Below, one piece after another: positions 37,772 through 47,875 of a stretch of 64,000 nucleotides of DNA (its first letter is position 1; each line of letters starts with the position of its first letter). Where the stretch lies: the IMG/VR virus record IMGVR_UViG_3300049617_000207, positions 32,015 through 96,014 of that record; one strand, 5' to 3'. Under the pieces are notes generated by a model that had not been told where the DNA came from, did not search any database, and was given only the letters and a program-made list of their open reading frames with translations. A program made the translations under genes and the position numbers. The DNA is from a virus.

Positions 37772-38248
37772 CTAGGCGGCCTTGAGGGCCGCTTCGCGGA
37801 AGCCGCCGCAATGCTTCTGATAGTACGCGTACGAGCAGTCACCGCAGTCGTTGGGCGCGCCCCACACGCCGCCGGAGCGTAGCGCCCCGTGTCGCGAGGC
37901 GTGCGAGGTGAGCGGGTGGCCGCAGACGCAGAGCCGCTGCTGATCCCGCGCGTAGGCCGCTTTCTCCGCGGCCTCTTCGACCGCGCGCCGGAGCGGAGCC
38001 GCGCCGCTATATTCTTCGAGTAGCGCCGCGAGGTTGGCGTCGGTCACGATTCCGGCCTGCCACGACGGCAGGAACGTCGTTGCCTTGCGGCCCAGGCACT
38101 TCTTGCACGTGAGCGCGCCTGCGAGGGTCCCGGCGCACGAGTGCTTCGCCTGCTCGGCGTCGATGGCCGCCGTCTTCACGGCGATGCGCGCGAGCTTGGC
38201 GTCGAGCTTCGCGGCCTGCGCGACGACGTCGACCGCTGCCTGCGCCAT
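37772..38248 (-). CDS. hypothetical zinc-finger protein
   Basis: CKKC, CVCGH...H, CGDC..C..F. Confidence 0.6.
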   Translation of the reverse strand: MAQAAVDVVAQAAKLDAKLARIAVKTAAIDAEQAKHSCAGTLAGALTCKKCLGRKATTFLPSWQAGIVTDANLAALLEEYSGAAPLRRAVEEAAEKAAYARDQQRLCVCGHPLTSHASRHGALRSGGVWGAPNDCGDCSYAYYQKHCGGFREAALKAA

Positions 38249-38541
38249 TAGCGGACGCTCGCGAGAAAGGCCGCGGTCGCCGCGTCCTCGTCGCCGAAGA
38301 TCGTTACGTCGGCGGGCACCGCGAAGACTTCGTAGACTTTGTGTTTCACTTCGCGAGTGATGATGTTCGTGCCGTTCCACGCGTACACGATGTCGACCGG
38401 GCTCGACGCGTAGGGCGACGGGATCGACTTCACGCGGGGCAAGTAGCCGACGGGGATGAGCCAACCCTCGGCATCGGCGGGCAATTCTGCGAGGAAGCGG
38501 CCGTAGCCGACGTGGCTTGTGATGGTTTTGAGCTTCTGCAT
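38248..38541 (-). CDS. hypothetical protein
   Basis: Follows the promoter and conserved leader. Confidence 0.65.
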   Translation of the reverse strand: MQKLKTITSHVGYGRFLAELPADAEGWLIPVGYLPRVKSIPSPYASSPVDIVYAWNGTNIITREVKHKVYEVFAVPADVTIFGDEDAATAAFLASVR

Positions 38542-38578
38542 TTGTCGGGAATTCTTTTCTGCGGGCTAGGCCCGCGAC

Positions 38579-38869
38579 TCAATTAGGATACACCTTGCGC
38601 GCTAGAAAGTCAACAGAGGGGGGCACCTCCGGCGGTTGGCGCAGGCGCTCGGCGGCGCGCTCGCGCACATCCTCGCCGACCTCCCAAAAGTGGCGCAGGG
38701 CGCACTCGCTCGCGCGGGCGGCCCGTAGCTCCGCGCGGTCGTGCTCGATCCACGAGAGCGCCGTGAAGCCCAGGATCGCCGCGATAGCGATGCCGCAGAC
38801 GAGGTGCGGGCCGGTGAGCGCCGTGACGAGCGCGACGATGGTCGAGATTGAGGCAAGGTTACGGAACAT
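38579..38869 (-). CDS. small membrane protein
   Basis: Two N-terminal hydrophobic helices. Confidence 0.5.
   Translation of the reverse strand: MFRNLASISTIVALVTALTGPHLVCGIAIAAILGFTALSWIEHDRAELRAARASECALRHFWEVGEDVRERAAERLRQPPEVPPSVDFLARKVYPN
38585..38627 (-). promoter_or_regulatory. repeated promoter copy 8
   Basis: GGTGCCCC-N6-TTGACT-N17-TATCCT. Confidence 0.85.
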
Positions 38870-39152
38870 CGGGCGTGCCTTTCGCGGCGTCGAGGCGCTC
38901 GCGGGTGATGCGGGCGGGGTTGGCGCCGCGGTAGTAATTCTGTGCGACGTACGTGCGCCATGCCGCGTCCACGTGCAGGTGGTCCGTCGCGGGGCTGTAG
39001 CGGGTCCCCACGAGCGCGCCGCCGGTGAACCGTATGAGCGTGCCGTCGAAGGTCGCGCGGAGCGTCTGCGGCCTCCTGGCGGCCGGAGTCATGGGCACCC
39101 GGAACGTCGCAAGGATCGTCCACGCGGTAGCATCACAGAATGTTTGTTTCAT
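38859..39152 (-). CDS. hypothetical protein
   Basis: Coupled ORF. Confidence 0.55.
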   Translation of the reverse strand: MKQTFCDATAWTILATFRVPMTPAARRPQTLRATFDGTLIRFTGGALVGTRYSPATDHLHVDAAWRTYVAQNYYRGANPARITRERLDAAKGTPDVP

Positions 39153-39502
39153 GACCTAGAGGACGCCGAGCCGTCCGCGCGGATCGTGAGCGCCTTGCCG
39201 CCCGCGGACTTCGCTCGGCCGCGTGCCCGCTTCTTCGCCGCCGCGTAGCTCGCGCAGCGCGACCGGCGGCGCATGACGGTCGTGCCGTTCGTGGTCACGT
39301 AGTCGAAGGCCCAAAAGTCGCCGTTCGTGTCCGGCGCGACCGTGTAGCAGCACTCAAGGCCGACCTTCGCGACGAAGCTCTCGTAGAACCGATTCGACCG
39401 CCGGAGCGGGTAGAGCATCGCCGGATCGCGACCCTCGACCGCGTCGAGTTGGACGTCCTCGAAGGCGGAGCGGTGGCGTTCGAGCAGGTCGTCGCCGGTC
39501 AT
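39149..39502 (-). CDS. hypothetical protein
   Basis: Coupled ORF. Confidence 0.55.
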   Translation of the reverse strand: MTGDDLLERHRSAFEDVQLDAVEGRDPAMLYPLRRSNRFYESFVAKVGLECCYTVAPDTNGDFWAFDYVTTNGTTVMRRRSRCASYAAAKKRARGRAKSAGGKALTIRADGSASSRS

Positions 39503-39783
39503 GTCGGCGTCACGTTCTTGGGCTGCGGGCCGCGTTCGCCGCGGGTGATGGCCTCGATAGCGTCGGAGCGCGCACCGGCGCCCGGCTCGCGCCGCTCGAT
39601 TTCGGCGAGCACAAGGTTACGCTCGGCGACGAGCTTCATTGCGACCCGCGCCCACGACGTCGGGGAGCCTGTGCCGATGCGGTCGGCGGCGTTGGCGAAT
39701 TCGATGCCACCGGCCGCACACCGCGCGAGGTTGTAAAGCTCGGCGGTTTTCACGTTGCGGTAGCCGTTAAGCGCGGGCTTCAT
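39499..39783 (-). CDS. hypothetical protein
   Basis: Coupled ORF. Confidence 0.55.
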   Translation of the reverse strand: MKPALNGYRNVKTAELYNLARCAAGGIEFANAADRIGTGSPTSWARVAMKLVAERNLVLAEIERREPGAGARSDAIEAITRGERGPQPKNVTPT

Positions 39784-39957
39784 TTCGTCACGCTCTTGGA
39801 TGCGAACGCGCCGAAGAGCTTCGCGCAGTCGCTCCCGACTTCGTGCGAGCCGCAGTCGCCTGCGTCCGATTCGTAGGCGGCCTCGTCGCCCGGATGCAGC
39901 ACGACGCCGCCGGGAAGCCCTTGCGGATCATCGGCATGGTGCGCAGCGTCGCGGCCA

Positions 39958-40140
39958 TTATGTCGGCCACGTTCCGGCGAGCTTGCGGACGTCGACGAGG
40001 CAACGGACGATGCGCGTGCCGTTGTCGTTGAGGATGTAGCCGGTGGAGCCGCCGTAGGGGCCGGGGATGGCCTGTAGGCCGACGAGGGCAATGCCCTTGC
40101 GGGCGAGACCCTTGATGGTGGCTTTCGAGAGGTCGTTCAC
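39958..40140 (-). CDS. hypothetical protein
   Basis: Follows the promoter and conserved leader. Confidence 0.55.
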   Translation of the reverse strand: MNDLSKATIKGLARKGIALVGLQAIPGPYGGSTGYILNDNGTRIVRCLVDVRKLAGTWPT

Positions 40141-40178
40141 GGGTGATGCTTTCTGCGGGCCAGGCCCGCGACTCCCTA

Positions 40179-40221
40179 ACAATACACCCTGCGCGCTGAA
40201 AAGTCAACGCGCAAGGGCACC
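40179..40221 (-). promoter_or_regulatory. repeated promoter copy 9
   Basis: GGTGCCC-N7-TTGACT-N17-TATTGT. Confidence 0.85.
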
Positions 40222-40235
40222 TGTTTGGGCCGAGC

Positions 40236-40664
40236 CTAGAAGGCCACCCGCTTGCGGCAGACCGGGCCGATGCCCGCGAGGACCGACTTCGAGGCGGTCA
40301 ACGTGCGACCGCAGATAACGCACTCGCCGAGCAGCGCGGAGATGTCCGCCGCCTGCTCCAAGGTGAGGCGGTCGGCTTCCCGCACCGAGTAAATCGCGCC
40401 GGACACGTACACCCACTCCGTCCCCTTGAGGACCTTGGCGTAGAGGTGGCCGCTGCCCTTAGCGGTCTGCGCGCGGTACACGGTGCCGTCGGCGGCGCGG
40501 AAGGCGCCGGGGCCTTCGGGAGCGCGGTTGGCGAATTCGTCCGCGAGGTCATTTGCGCGGTCGGTGGTCTCGACGTAGAGCGCCAGCATCGCTTCGGTAA
40601 GGTTGTCGATGTCGGCGGCCGAGGCGTTCTTCTGATAGTCGGCTGCGAAGATTGCGGTGGGCAT
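40236..40664 (-). CDS. DUF6011 domain protein
   Basis: LYAKVL...G.CVICGRTLT...SV..GIGPVC. Confidence 0.75.
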   Translation of the reverse strand: MPTAIFAADYQKNASAADIDNLTEAMLALYVETTDRANDLADEFANRAPEGPGAFRAADGTVYRAQTAKGSGHLYAKVLKGTEWVYVSGAIYSVREADRLTLEQAADISALLGECVICGRTLTASKSVLAGIGPVCRKRVAF

Positions 40665-40712
40665 GTCGGGGTGTCTCGTTTCTGCGGCGGCTGCCGCGTT
40701 AGGTGATGCCTT

Positions 40713-40787
40713 ACAATAGCACGGGCGCGCCGTTAAGTCAAGTGAATCAGGGCACCGCTTGACACGTTTTGCAGCGCGTGATATAGT
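40713..40787. promoter_or_regulatory. divergent promoter pair sharing one GGGCACC box
   Basis: Minus TTGACT-N17-TATTGT (40713-40741); box 40750-40756; plus TTGACA-N17-TATAGT (40759-40787). Confidence 0.8.
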
Positions 40788-40824
40788 AGGCGGGTCGCCG
40801 GGCTTCCCGGCAGAAGGATTCAAC

Positions 40825-41214
40825 GTGCCAAACGAACCCGCCGAGCGAATCGGCAAGACCGGGGACGGGGTCGACGTACGCGTCGGCGACATCGTCTATT
40901 ACGTGCAGCACGCGACGTTCGCGCACGATAACGCACCCGAAACGCTGATCGTCGGAAAGCGGATTATTGCGATTTCGCCGTCGGGCTCACTCGCCGTCGG
41001 ATGGAGCATAAACGCCAAGAAGAACCGCATGCCGAATTATGGCGGGGGCGGCGGCTACGATTTCACCGGCCTCTTCTCAACGGCCGAGGCGTGCCGCGCG
41101 CAAGCCGTCGGCCGCACGCGCAGTAAGATCGCCGACCTTGAGTTGCAGTTACAGAAGGCAAACAGCGAGCTTGGGCGATTCCTCGATGCGCCCGTGAGAG
41201 AGCCGAGCGCGTAA
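40825..41214 (+). CDS. hypothetical protein
   Basis: AGAAGGA RBS, C-terminal coiled coil. Confidence 0.65.
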   Translation: MPNEPAERIGKTGDGVDVRVGDIVYYVQHATFAHDNAPETLIVGKRIIAISPSGSLAVGWSINAKKNRMPNYGGGGGYDFTGLFSTAEACRAQAVGRTRSKIADLELQLQKANSELGRFLDAPVREPSA

Positions 41215-41215
41215 C

Positions 41216-41677
41216 GTGAGCGACGTACGCGACCGGATCGCCACGGCGCCGGGCGGGCCGCTGCGCATCGAGCCGCGCGCGCCGCGGCCGGGTGCGCTCT
41301 GCTACGGCTCGATGTACGCCAAGTCGTGCTCGCGCGAAGCGACGGGACCCGACGGGCTCTGCACCTTTCACGCCGCGCGCTTTGCCCGGCACGAGATTTC
41401 GTGCTTCGAGCAGTATCTCGCCGGGCGCGGCTACGCGCTGCGCTACGTCGAGCTATGCGAGGACGCCACAACGCCCGGCCTGCCGGGTTACTACGCGGGC
41501 GTCACGAGTCACCAGGGCAAGTGGGTCAAGGTCTCGATCCGCACGCCGCACGATACGCCGCGCCGCCGCTCGTGGCTGCGCGACCGGACGGTGTTCGAGA
41601 TAGCGGAGATTCTGCGCCACGAGTGCCGCCACGTCGCGGACCCCGAGTGGGACTGCGGCAACCGCAGCATCCTGTGA
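41216..41677 (+). CDS. zincin-like HExxH protein
   Basis: ILRHECRH. Confidence 0.55.
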   Translation: MSDVRDRIATAPGGPLRIEPRAPRPGALCYGSMYAKSCSREATGPDGLCTFHAARFARHEISCFEQYLAGRGYALRYVELCEDATTPGLPGYYAGVTSHQGKWVKVSIRTPHDTPRRRSWLRDRTVFEIAEILRHECRHVADPEWDCGNRSIL

Positions 41678-41679
41678 GC

Positions 41680-42003
41680 ATGCCGGGGCCGCACGTCGTC
41701 GAGTACGAGACGGAGTGGCGGGTCGACGAGCACAGGCTTGACGTCGCGGGCGAAGACGTCGAGCGCATCGACTACGAATACGTCGGCACCCTCGAAGCCG
41801 CGCGCGCCGCCGTGCGCGGCAAACGCCTACCGACCATCTCGCGCTGCACGCAAGAGGTCCGCTATAACGAGTCGTACCCGAATGGCATCGTGGAGGCAGA
41901 GACGTCCGTCGTCGTGTGGAAGTCCATTGCGTTCAACCGCGCGATGAAGGCCGCGCGGATCGAGAACCGCAAGCGCGACCGCGCGTGGTCGGCGCGCCAA
42001 TAG
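41680..42003 (+). CDS. hypothetical protein
   Basis: ORF ends at the terminator. Confidence 0.55.
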   Translation: MPGPHVVEYETEWRVDEHRLDVAGEDVERIDYEYVGTLEAARAAVRGKRLPTISRCTQEVRYNESYPNGIVEAETSVVVWKSIAFNRAMKAARIENRKRDRAWSARQ

Positions 42004-42044
42004 GAAGAGGCTCCGGCGCGTGAGCGACGCCGGAGCCTCTTCCT
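42002..42044. terminator. bidirectional terminator
   Basis: Perfect 17-bp inverted repeat between convergent operons. Confidence 0.75.
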
Positions 42045-42065
42045 CTCCTCCCCCTTGGCGAAGTC

Positions 42066-42404
42066 TTACAGGACGGTCGCCTCGTGCGAGAGCGCGGCGT
42101 CGACCGTGAGCGACGCCTGTTTGAGCGCAGCGACGACGGTCGCCGTAAGCGGCTCCGTGATCGAGCCGCCGAACGCGTCGGCCACGCCCAGGATCGTCGC
42201 GAGGTAGGGTTGCGCGGCGGCCGGGACGTGCTGCTCGATGGCCGAGATGAGGGCCGTCGCGCCGTCGCCCTCGACCTTGGGCACCTCGACTTCGGCCTTG
42301 CCGAAAAGGGCGTCGAGTGCGGTCTTGAGCGTCGTAATGCCGAAGACGCCGAGCGCGACGCCGTCGGCTACGAGCGCGGTGTCGATGGGTGCGACTGTTG
42401 CCAT
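42066..42404 (-). CDS. hypothetical (holin-like) protein
   Basis: GGAGG RBS; hydrophobic; end of the late operon. Confidence 0.55.
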   Translation of the reverse strand: MATVAPIDTALVADGVALGVFGITTLKTALDALFGKAEVEVPKVEGDGATALISAIEQHVPAAAQPYLATILGVADAFGGSITEPLTATVVAALKQASLTVDAALSHEATVL

Positions 42405-42474
42405 AGGGAGAGCCTCCATGCGATGTGCGTGAGGCCGGTGACTTTCCCGCGCGCTTAACGCGACGCCTGGCGAG

Positions 42475-42747
42475 TTAGCGGGCCGTTGCCTTTTCGGCCA
42501 TGAGCCGCGCGACGGCCTCCTCGCCGTATGCGAAAAGCTCCGCACGCGACGCGAACAAGACGACTTCGAGCGAGCCGTCGAGGCGGAGCCCGAGGTAGAT
42601 GTGATCGTCGTCCTCGTGGTACGTCGGATGAGCTTTGAGGAGGTAGTCGATTTCGCTGACGGCGGCGCTGGCTTGGGCGAGCGTCATCTCGGCCGGATAG
42701 CGCAGGTACACCGAAGCGGCGAGGTCGGCGGCGGTGTCGGCGGTCAT
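42475..42747 (-). CDS. hypothetical protein
   Basis: 90-aa ORF. Confidence 0.55.
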   Translation of the reverse strand: MTADTAADLAASVYLRYPAEMTLAQASAAVSEIDYLLKAHPTYHEDDDHIYLGLRLDGSLEVVLFASRAELFAYGEEAVARLMAEKATAR

Positions 42748-42944
42748 GCGCGCGGGACTACGACGCTAGTACCGGCGTGTTCCTGGCTCGTAGGCGCGCC
42801 GCGCCGGGATCGTCTTGGGATAGTGCTCGGCCCAGGTCTTCCTGCAGTCCTGGCGCTCGCAGGCGCCGCCTTGTGCGCCGAGGTGGAATTCGCACGCGCC
42901 GAGGTGGTTGCGGGTCGTCGCGGGTCGAGCGCGCGGATCGAGGC

Positions 42945-43538
42945 TCACGCGACCTCGCCCGCCCAGGCGGGCCAATCCACGCTCACGCCCTGCGACACCG
43001 CTGCGAAGTTAATCCAATCCGTGAAGACGTCCAAGGCGTAATCATGATCGGTCGTCCACGCGTCCGGCGTCAAGCCCTGCGCAAGCTCTTGTGCGACGCC
43101 GCCGCCGCCCAAGTTGTAGGCCGCGAACACCGCCAGGTGCGAGCCGGGAAACTGCACGAGGAGCGGCTGCAGGAACGCGACCGCGGCGATGTCGGTTGCG
43201 CATTGGCGGTCCATGAGGTCGCCCCACCCCGGATAGCGCGGTTGGTTCGGGTCGCTCCAATCCACGCCGGAGGTGATTTGGAAGTCGCCCACGCCGCAGC
43301 CGGGGCCGCGCGCCATGCCGATTTGAAACGGCACGGCGATGGCACCTTGCGGGTTTTCACGGTCCATGATCGCCGCGAGCATGTTGGGTGAGGGCGCCGG
43401 TCCCGTCTGTGTGGCGAGGTCCGAGGCCGTGCGGAAGCGGTGGCGCGCTTCGTACAAGACCGGCCGCCACGAGACGGCGAAGTCCGGCCGAGAGGCCGCA
43501 TCGCGTATACCGATTTCCGAAACCGAGAGAGTGGACAT
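42945..43538 (-). CDS. endolysin, lysozyme/transglycosylase-like
   Basis: LAAIMDRE, GVGDFQI, FAAYNLG, TTDHDYA.DV. Confidence 0.75.
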   Translation of the reverse strand: MSTLSVSEIGIRDAASRPDFAVSWRPVLYEARHRFRTASDLATQTGPAPSPNMLAAIMDRENPQGAIAVPFQIGMARGPGCGVGDFQITSGVDWSDPNQPRYPGWGDLMDRQCATDIAAVAFLQPLLVQFPGSHLAVFAAYNLGGGGVAQELAQGLTPDAWTTDHDYALDVFTDWINFAAVSQGVSVDWPAWAGEVA

Positions 43539-43558
43539 CCAATGTCTCCTTAGCGTGT

Positions 43559-44725
43559 TTACGTTGCTGGCGTGCTAGTTGTGATGATTGTATACATGAT
43601 GCCGAGTCCAGGGCCGATTAGCGAGTTGTTATAGAGATTGAGTCCATAAAACCCAATAACGCCACCCGCGAAGTCCGAGAGGTCTCCTGCGACAAAAAGA
43701 ACGTACGCGTCCGTGCCGCCCGAGCTTTGCTGTACGTTTGCCGTACCGCCGATAATTTGGAACGGCACGGTGATGATCGCGTGCCCGTTCTCGTCGGTGG
43801 TTACGCCGCCGCCGTAAACGCGGTTCGCTGTAATCGTGAATTGGAGTTCCTGTCCGACGACCTCGACCCCGACCGAGTTGTCCGGCGAGCCTGCCGTCAC
43901 CGGACCCTTGAGGCCGTTAAGCGTCATGCCTTCGAGCGTGACCGCGCCGCCTGCGCCGGTGACGATTGCGATGGAGTTATCCGGGCTCGTGAGCGACATG
44001 ACGCCGACGCCGGTGTTGCCGATGGTGATGCTCTGCCCTTGCACCGCAATCGCAACGCCGGTGCCCGCAATGAGGCTGATTGCACCCGCGAGCGTTTGCA
44101 GCGACAGGACGCCGGTGTTGCTGATCGTGTACGGCGAGGTTGGCGACACCGCGATGCCGGGGCCGGGAAAGAGCGCGCTCGCGAGCGCCTGCGCGAGCGT
44201 CGGCAAGAGCAGCACGAGGTCCGCAGGCTCGACCGGGCCGCCGCCGCTTGGCGGAACCGTGACTTGCAGGATCGCCGCGTACGCACCGCCGGGGAACGCG
44301 CCGCCTTGCACGTACTCCCACGTCATGTCGTGCGCGGTCTGATAGAACGTCACGCCTGCGGTGACGGTTCCGTCGGGGTTGCGTTGGTTGCGCGTGAACG
44401 GGTGGACGGCACCGTCCTCATTGAAGGTCGCATAGATGATGTCGACGCGCGACTCCGCGGTCGTGTTCGGCGGGATCGCGAACACCTGCGGCGTGATGTT
44501 GTCGCACACGCGCCCGGCGACGACGCACGTTTGCCCCGCGCCGCCGATGCTCACGTTATTCTCGCCGTCGGTTGAGAACGCGAGCCCGCGCGAGGTGCCT
44601 TGAAAATTCGGGAAGCCGAAATAGATCGCGGCGGCGGCGCCGATGAGGTTGAGAAACTCCGTGTTTTCGGCGTTGAAGTCCGCGGCATCGACTTCTTCGC
44701 CGGACACCCAATTATTAAGCGCCAT
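43559..44725 (-). CDS. tail fibre / baseplate-attached protein
   Basis: Follows the baseplate genes; RVDIIY motif, repeated NTGV-SL units. Confidence 0.7.
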   Translation of the reverse strand: MALNNWVSGEEVDAADFNAENTEFLNLIGAAAAIYFGFPNFQGTSRGLAFSTDGENNVSIGGAGQTCVVAGRVCDNITPQVFAIPPNTTAESRVDIIYATFNEDGAVHPFTRNQRNPDGTVTAGVTFYQTAHDMTWEYVQGGAFPGGAYAAILQVTVPPSGGGPVEPADLVLLLPTLAQALASALFPGPGIAVSPTSPYTISNTGVLSLQTLAGAISLIAGTGVAIAVQGQSITIGNTGVGVMSLTSPDNSIAIVTGAGGAVTLEGMTLNGLKGPVTAGSPDNSVGVEVVGQELQFTITANRVYGGGVTTDENGHAIITVPFQIIGGTANVQQSSGGTDAYVLFVAGDLSDFAGGVIGFYGLNLYNNSLIGPGLGIMYTIITTSTPAT

Positions 44726-44737
44726 GTAGCTTCCTTG

Positions 44738-45421
44738 CTAGACCCCGACTTCGAGGACAGGGATGGTCTTATAGACGGGTTGCGTATTTGCCGCTTTTGT
44801 GACCGTGATCGTCGCGCCGAGCGCCGGATCGGTTGGTGCGAGCGCGTAGCTCACCGACGACGAGACGAGGCAAAGCGGGTCGGCTTCGTCGACGGTGAGA
44901 TACGAGTAGTTGAGAAAAAAGACGTCGCTCTCTTTGACCGCGTACGAGATTTCGACGACGAATTGGAACATGAGGATCGGATGGCCGCGGCCCGCATCGG
45001 TCGCGCAGGCCCCCGGATCGCTTTGCAAGTCGTACACGAAGCCGGAGATTTCGTTCCCACCGGCGACGGCGGTCGAGGCGAGGTAGGCGTTGAGCGCCGC
45101 TTCGAGCGCGGGGATCGTGAGGCGCCCGCGTGTGATCGCCGCAAGGATGCGTGCCCGGTACGGCACGTCAAGCTCACCTGCGAGCCGCGGGACCCCGTAC
45201 AGGACGCCGTGCGCGTCTAGGTAGGTGCCGGTCGCGTTTTGCACGGAGAGTTGCACTTGCAAGGCCGCGTAGTCCGCGAGCAGTTGCTCGATGCGGTTGG
45301 ACACGGACACGAGGATGGCTTTGATGGGGCCGACCGCGTATTGCGGGGGCGGCGTGTCGAAGTTGTACGGCGCCTCGGGGAACGCGTCGTCGAAGACGGT
45401 CGTTTGGTCGTACACGCTCAT
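44738..45421 (-). CDS. baseplate wedge protein (gpI-like)
   Basis: ATGTYLD.HG.LYGV.R..GE.D..YRARI. Confidence 0.8.
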   Translation of the reverse strand: MSVYDQTTVFDDAFPEAPYNFDTPPPQYAVGPIKAILVSVSNRIEQLLADYAALQVQLSVQNATGTYLDAHGVLYGVPRLAGELDVPYRARILAAITRGRLTIPALEAALNAYLASTAVAGGNEISGFVYDLQSDPGACATDAGRGHPILMFQFVVEISYAVKESDVFFLNYSYLTVDEADPLCLVSSSVSYALAPTDPALGATITVTKAANTQPVYKTIPVLEVGV

Positions 45422-46701
45422 ACGGGGATAACCACGGTTGCGACGCCGATAGAAGCCAAGTCCGCGCAACGCAAGACCTGCGAGGGCGACGGCTGCAGGT
45501 TCCCGGCCATGCCGTTAATCGTGACGCCGCCGATGATGACGTCGACGACGCCCGGCACTTCGGCGGCGTAACGGATGATTTCCGAGACGTACGCGGGTTT
45601 GCCGATGGTGAGCCCGGCGAAGTAGGTATAGATCGCGAGTTGCACGGCCGCGGCGACGCTTGCGGCCGTGGCCGTCGTGAGCACGTACTGCTGCGAGACG
45701 CGGATCGCCAGGGTGACGGTCGCGAGCAGGAGCACGGAGCCGACCACGTGGACCTGCGTGCCCGCCGCGCGGTAGAGGCCGCTCGTGAAGGCCGCCTGCA
45801 CCGTTGCCACGATGGGACTGTTCGCATCGGCGCCGAGGTTGCCGGAGCCGTCGTCGATGTAGAGTTGCCCGCGTCCGAGCAGGGGCGTGATGCCGTCGTC
45901 GGCCGTGTTCTCGGCGAGCACGGCCGAGGTGACGCCGGGGAAGCTCGCGGCGTCGTTCTCAATCGCGGAGATGGTGCATTGGGAGGCGTCGGCGATAGCG
46001 TTGAGGGTGCGCGCGCGCAGGCCGCCGCTCGGGGCGTCGTCGCCTTCGGTGTCGGCGCCTCCGGCGATGGCCGTCGGGTTGACGCCCGAGCAGCCGGGCG
46101 CGCCCGCGACGACGGTCTTGACGGCGCCGGGGATCGCGTTCCCGGCGCTTCCGGGGTTCGCGGCGGCGATGTTGACGACGCCGGACTGCGCGGAGCCCGC
46201 GGGGATCGTGGTCGGCGCGGTCGAGGTGTAGAGTACCGGGGACTGCGTGGGATCGGCCGGGTTCGAGGCGACGATAGCGCCCTTGGCGATGATCGTGTCG
46301 ACGGTGACGGGGCCTGCGAGGTTCGTAAAGACGTAGCCGCCTTGAGCCGCGACCGCGAGCTTGCGCGAGACGCCGAGGTCGGCGGCTTTGAGGTCGAGCG
46401 CCGTGCCCTTCGCGGTAAGCACGAAGGCCGCGTTTTGGACGTCCGTGAGCAGTTGGTAGGCGCCCTCGGCCGTGACGCCGGGGTACGTGCTGGCATCGCT
46501 CCCGAGCGCCAGGCACGCGCCTTCGAGGTAGGTCTCGGTGACGCCGCCGCCATTAAAGTTCGTAAGTAAACTATTGAGAGCTTCGACCGCGGCCTGTAAG
46601 GAGAGCAGGATTTGCGCGACCGTCGGGAACGCCGGTAACGTGATTTCGAGACCGTTACCGGGAATCGTTACCGTTGGGGGAAGGGATGCGGTGGTCGACA
46701 T
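45418..46701 (-). CDS. baseplate J/gp47 protein
   Basis: TAKG.ALD..A...GV.RK.A, G.AGN, GGAD.E.D..LR.R, VPGVVDV. Confidence 0.92.
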   Translation of the reverse strand: MSTTASLPPTVTIPGNGLEITLPAFPTVAQILLSLQAAVEALNSLLTNFNGGGVTETYLEGACLALGSDASTYPGVTAEGAYQLLTDVQNAAFVLTAKGTALDLKAADLGVSRKLAVAAQGGYVFTNLAGPVTVDTIIAKGAIVASNPADPTQSPVLYTSTAPTTIPAGSAQSGVVNIAAANPGSAGNAIPGAVKTVVAGAPGCSGVNPTAIAGGADTEGDDAPSGGLRARTLNAIADASQCTISAIENDAASFPGVTSAVLAENTADDGITPLLGRGQLYIDDGSGNLGADANSPIVATVQAAFTSGLYRAAGTQVHVVGSVLLLATVTLAIRVSQQYVLTTATAASVAAAVQLAIYTYFAGLTIGKPAYVSEIIRYAAEVPGVVDVIIGGVTINGMAGNLQPSPSQVLRCADLASIGVATVVIPV

Positions 46702-46739
46702 GCAGCCTCCGTGCTGTTGGTCATCTTAGCTTCTTCTTC

Positions 46740-47600
46740 TCACGCGGCTTGCCCGTAGTAGTTGTAAACCATGTTAAGCCGGGCGGCATCCTCGACGTTA
46801 ATCGCCATGATGTCGTAGGTGATGATCCACGAGTAGGCGTCGCTCTGATAGACCGAGACCGAGAGCGTCTTCGCGACGCGCGGCTCTTGCCGGAGCATGT
46901 CCTTGACGTTGGCGACCAGGATCGCCGCCTGCACCCCTTGGTTCGCCTGGCCTCCGCCGATGCCGCTCGTAAAGCCGAAGGTTTGGTGCATCGGTAGCTC
47001 ACCAAGCTCGGTGAGCAGGCGGATGCGCAGGTCTTGCGCGAGGCACGCAAGGCCGTTGACGGTGAGCAGGTCGCCGTTGGGGCCGACGACGCCTTCACCC
47101 GTCGTCGGATCGAGGAAGACGTCTGAGCCGAGCACGGGGTAGGGGCCAAACGCGGCGGCCGAGATAGTGCTCGGCGGGATCGTCGAGGCGATGGAGGCCG
47201 AGTAAAAAAGCACGTTGCTCGGGCCGCTCTCGTTGCCGTCGGAGTCGATGGCCGTTGCGACGTAGTATTCTTGCACGCCGAAGATCGGCGCCGCGTCGAA
47301 GAGTTGCGTGACGATGGTCGCGGGGCTAATGGGCTCGAAGTCGCAGGCAAGCGAGAATGGCCCGGCGAGAAAGGAGCCGCGGTAGAGCTTGAAGCTCGCA
47401 ATGGGATAGGCGCCGGTGAGCACGTTTTGCGCGACCCCGAAGGCAAGCACCGTCGCGCCTGCCGCCGTCGCCTGCGCTACGGATCGCAGCGTCGGCGGGT
47501 ACGGGGCTATCCGGCCAGGCGGGCAGATAAGGGTAACGGGGACGCTCGCGGAGAGCGTGCCCGATACGGTGAAGCCGGTGTCGCCGGTGACGGTTGCCAC
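46740..47600 (-). CDS. baseplate gp25/gpW-like protein with an N-terminal FN3-like domain
   Basis: GDL.TV.G..CLAQ.L..RL.TELGELPMH..FG, EPRV; YYVATAID..GNES. Confidence 0.8.
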   Translation of the reverse strand: MATVTGDTGFTVSGTLSASVPVTLICPPGRIAPYPPTLRSVAQATAAGATVLAFGVAQNVLTGAYPIASFKLYRGSFLAGPFSLACDFEPISPATIVTQLFDAAPIFGVQEYYVATAIDSDGNESGPSNVLFYSASIASTIPPSTISAAAFGPYPVLGSDVFLDPTTGEGVVGPNGDLLTVNGLACLAQDLRIRLLTELGELPMHQTFGFTSGIGGGQANQGVQAAILVANVKDMLRQEPRVAKTLSVSVYQSDAYSWIITYDIMAINVEDAARLNMVYNYYGQAA

Positions 47601-47601
47601 G

Positions 47602-47874
47602 TTACGTCGGCACGAAGTCGGTCACGGTGCAGGACACAAACCACGGTACGTCGCCGCCCGAGCCGATAGCGTCGCCGGTGGGCGTGTAGAGGCCGTCTTG
47701 CGTGATCGCCCCGGCGTTCGTGGCCCACGTCGTGTTCGGCCCCGGCTGCACGGGCGCGCTCAAGCCGTCCGCGCTGTTGACGATGCTCGCGGAAAACTGC
47801 TGCGACTCGCCGATAGCGACGGTTGCCGGATCGGGCGCGATGACGAGCGTGTAAGTGCCGATGGTTGGCGTCAC
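47602..47874 (-). CDS. Ig-like virion protein
   Basis: IAP..ATV..GESQQF.A...W....G.I..DGLYT. Confidence 0.65.
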   Translation of the reverse strand: MTPTIGTYTLVIAPDPATVAIGESQQFSASIVNSADGLSAPVQPGPNTTWATNAGAITQDGLYTPTGDAIGSGGDVPWFVSCTVTDFVPT

Positions 47875-47875
47875 G

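Noticed and set aside
42438-42466. GTGACT-TTCCCGCGCGC as another promoter-family copy
   Set aside because: No acceptable -10 hexamer at 17 nt and no upstream box.
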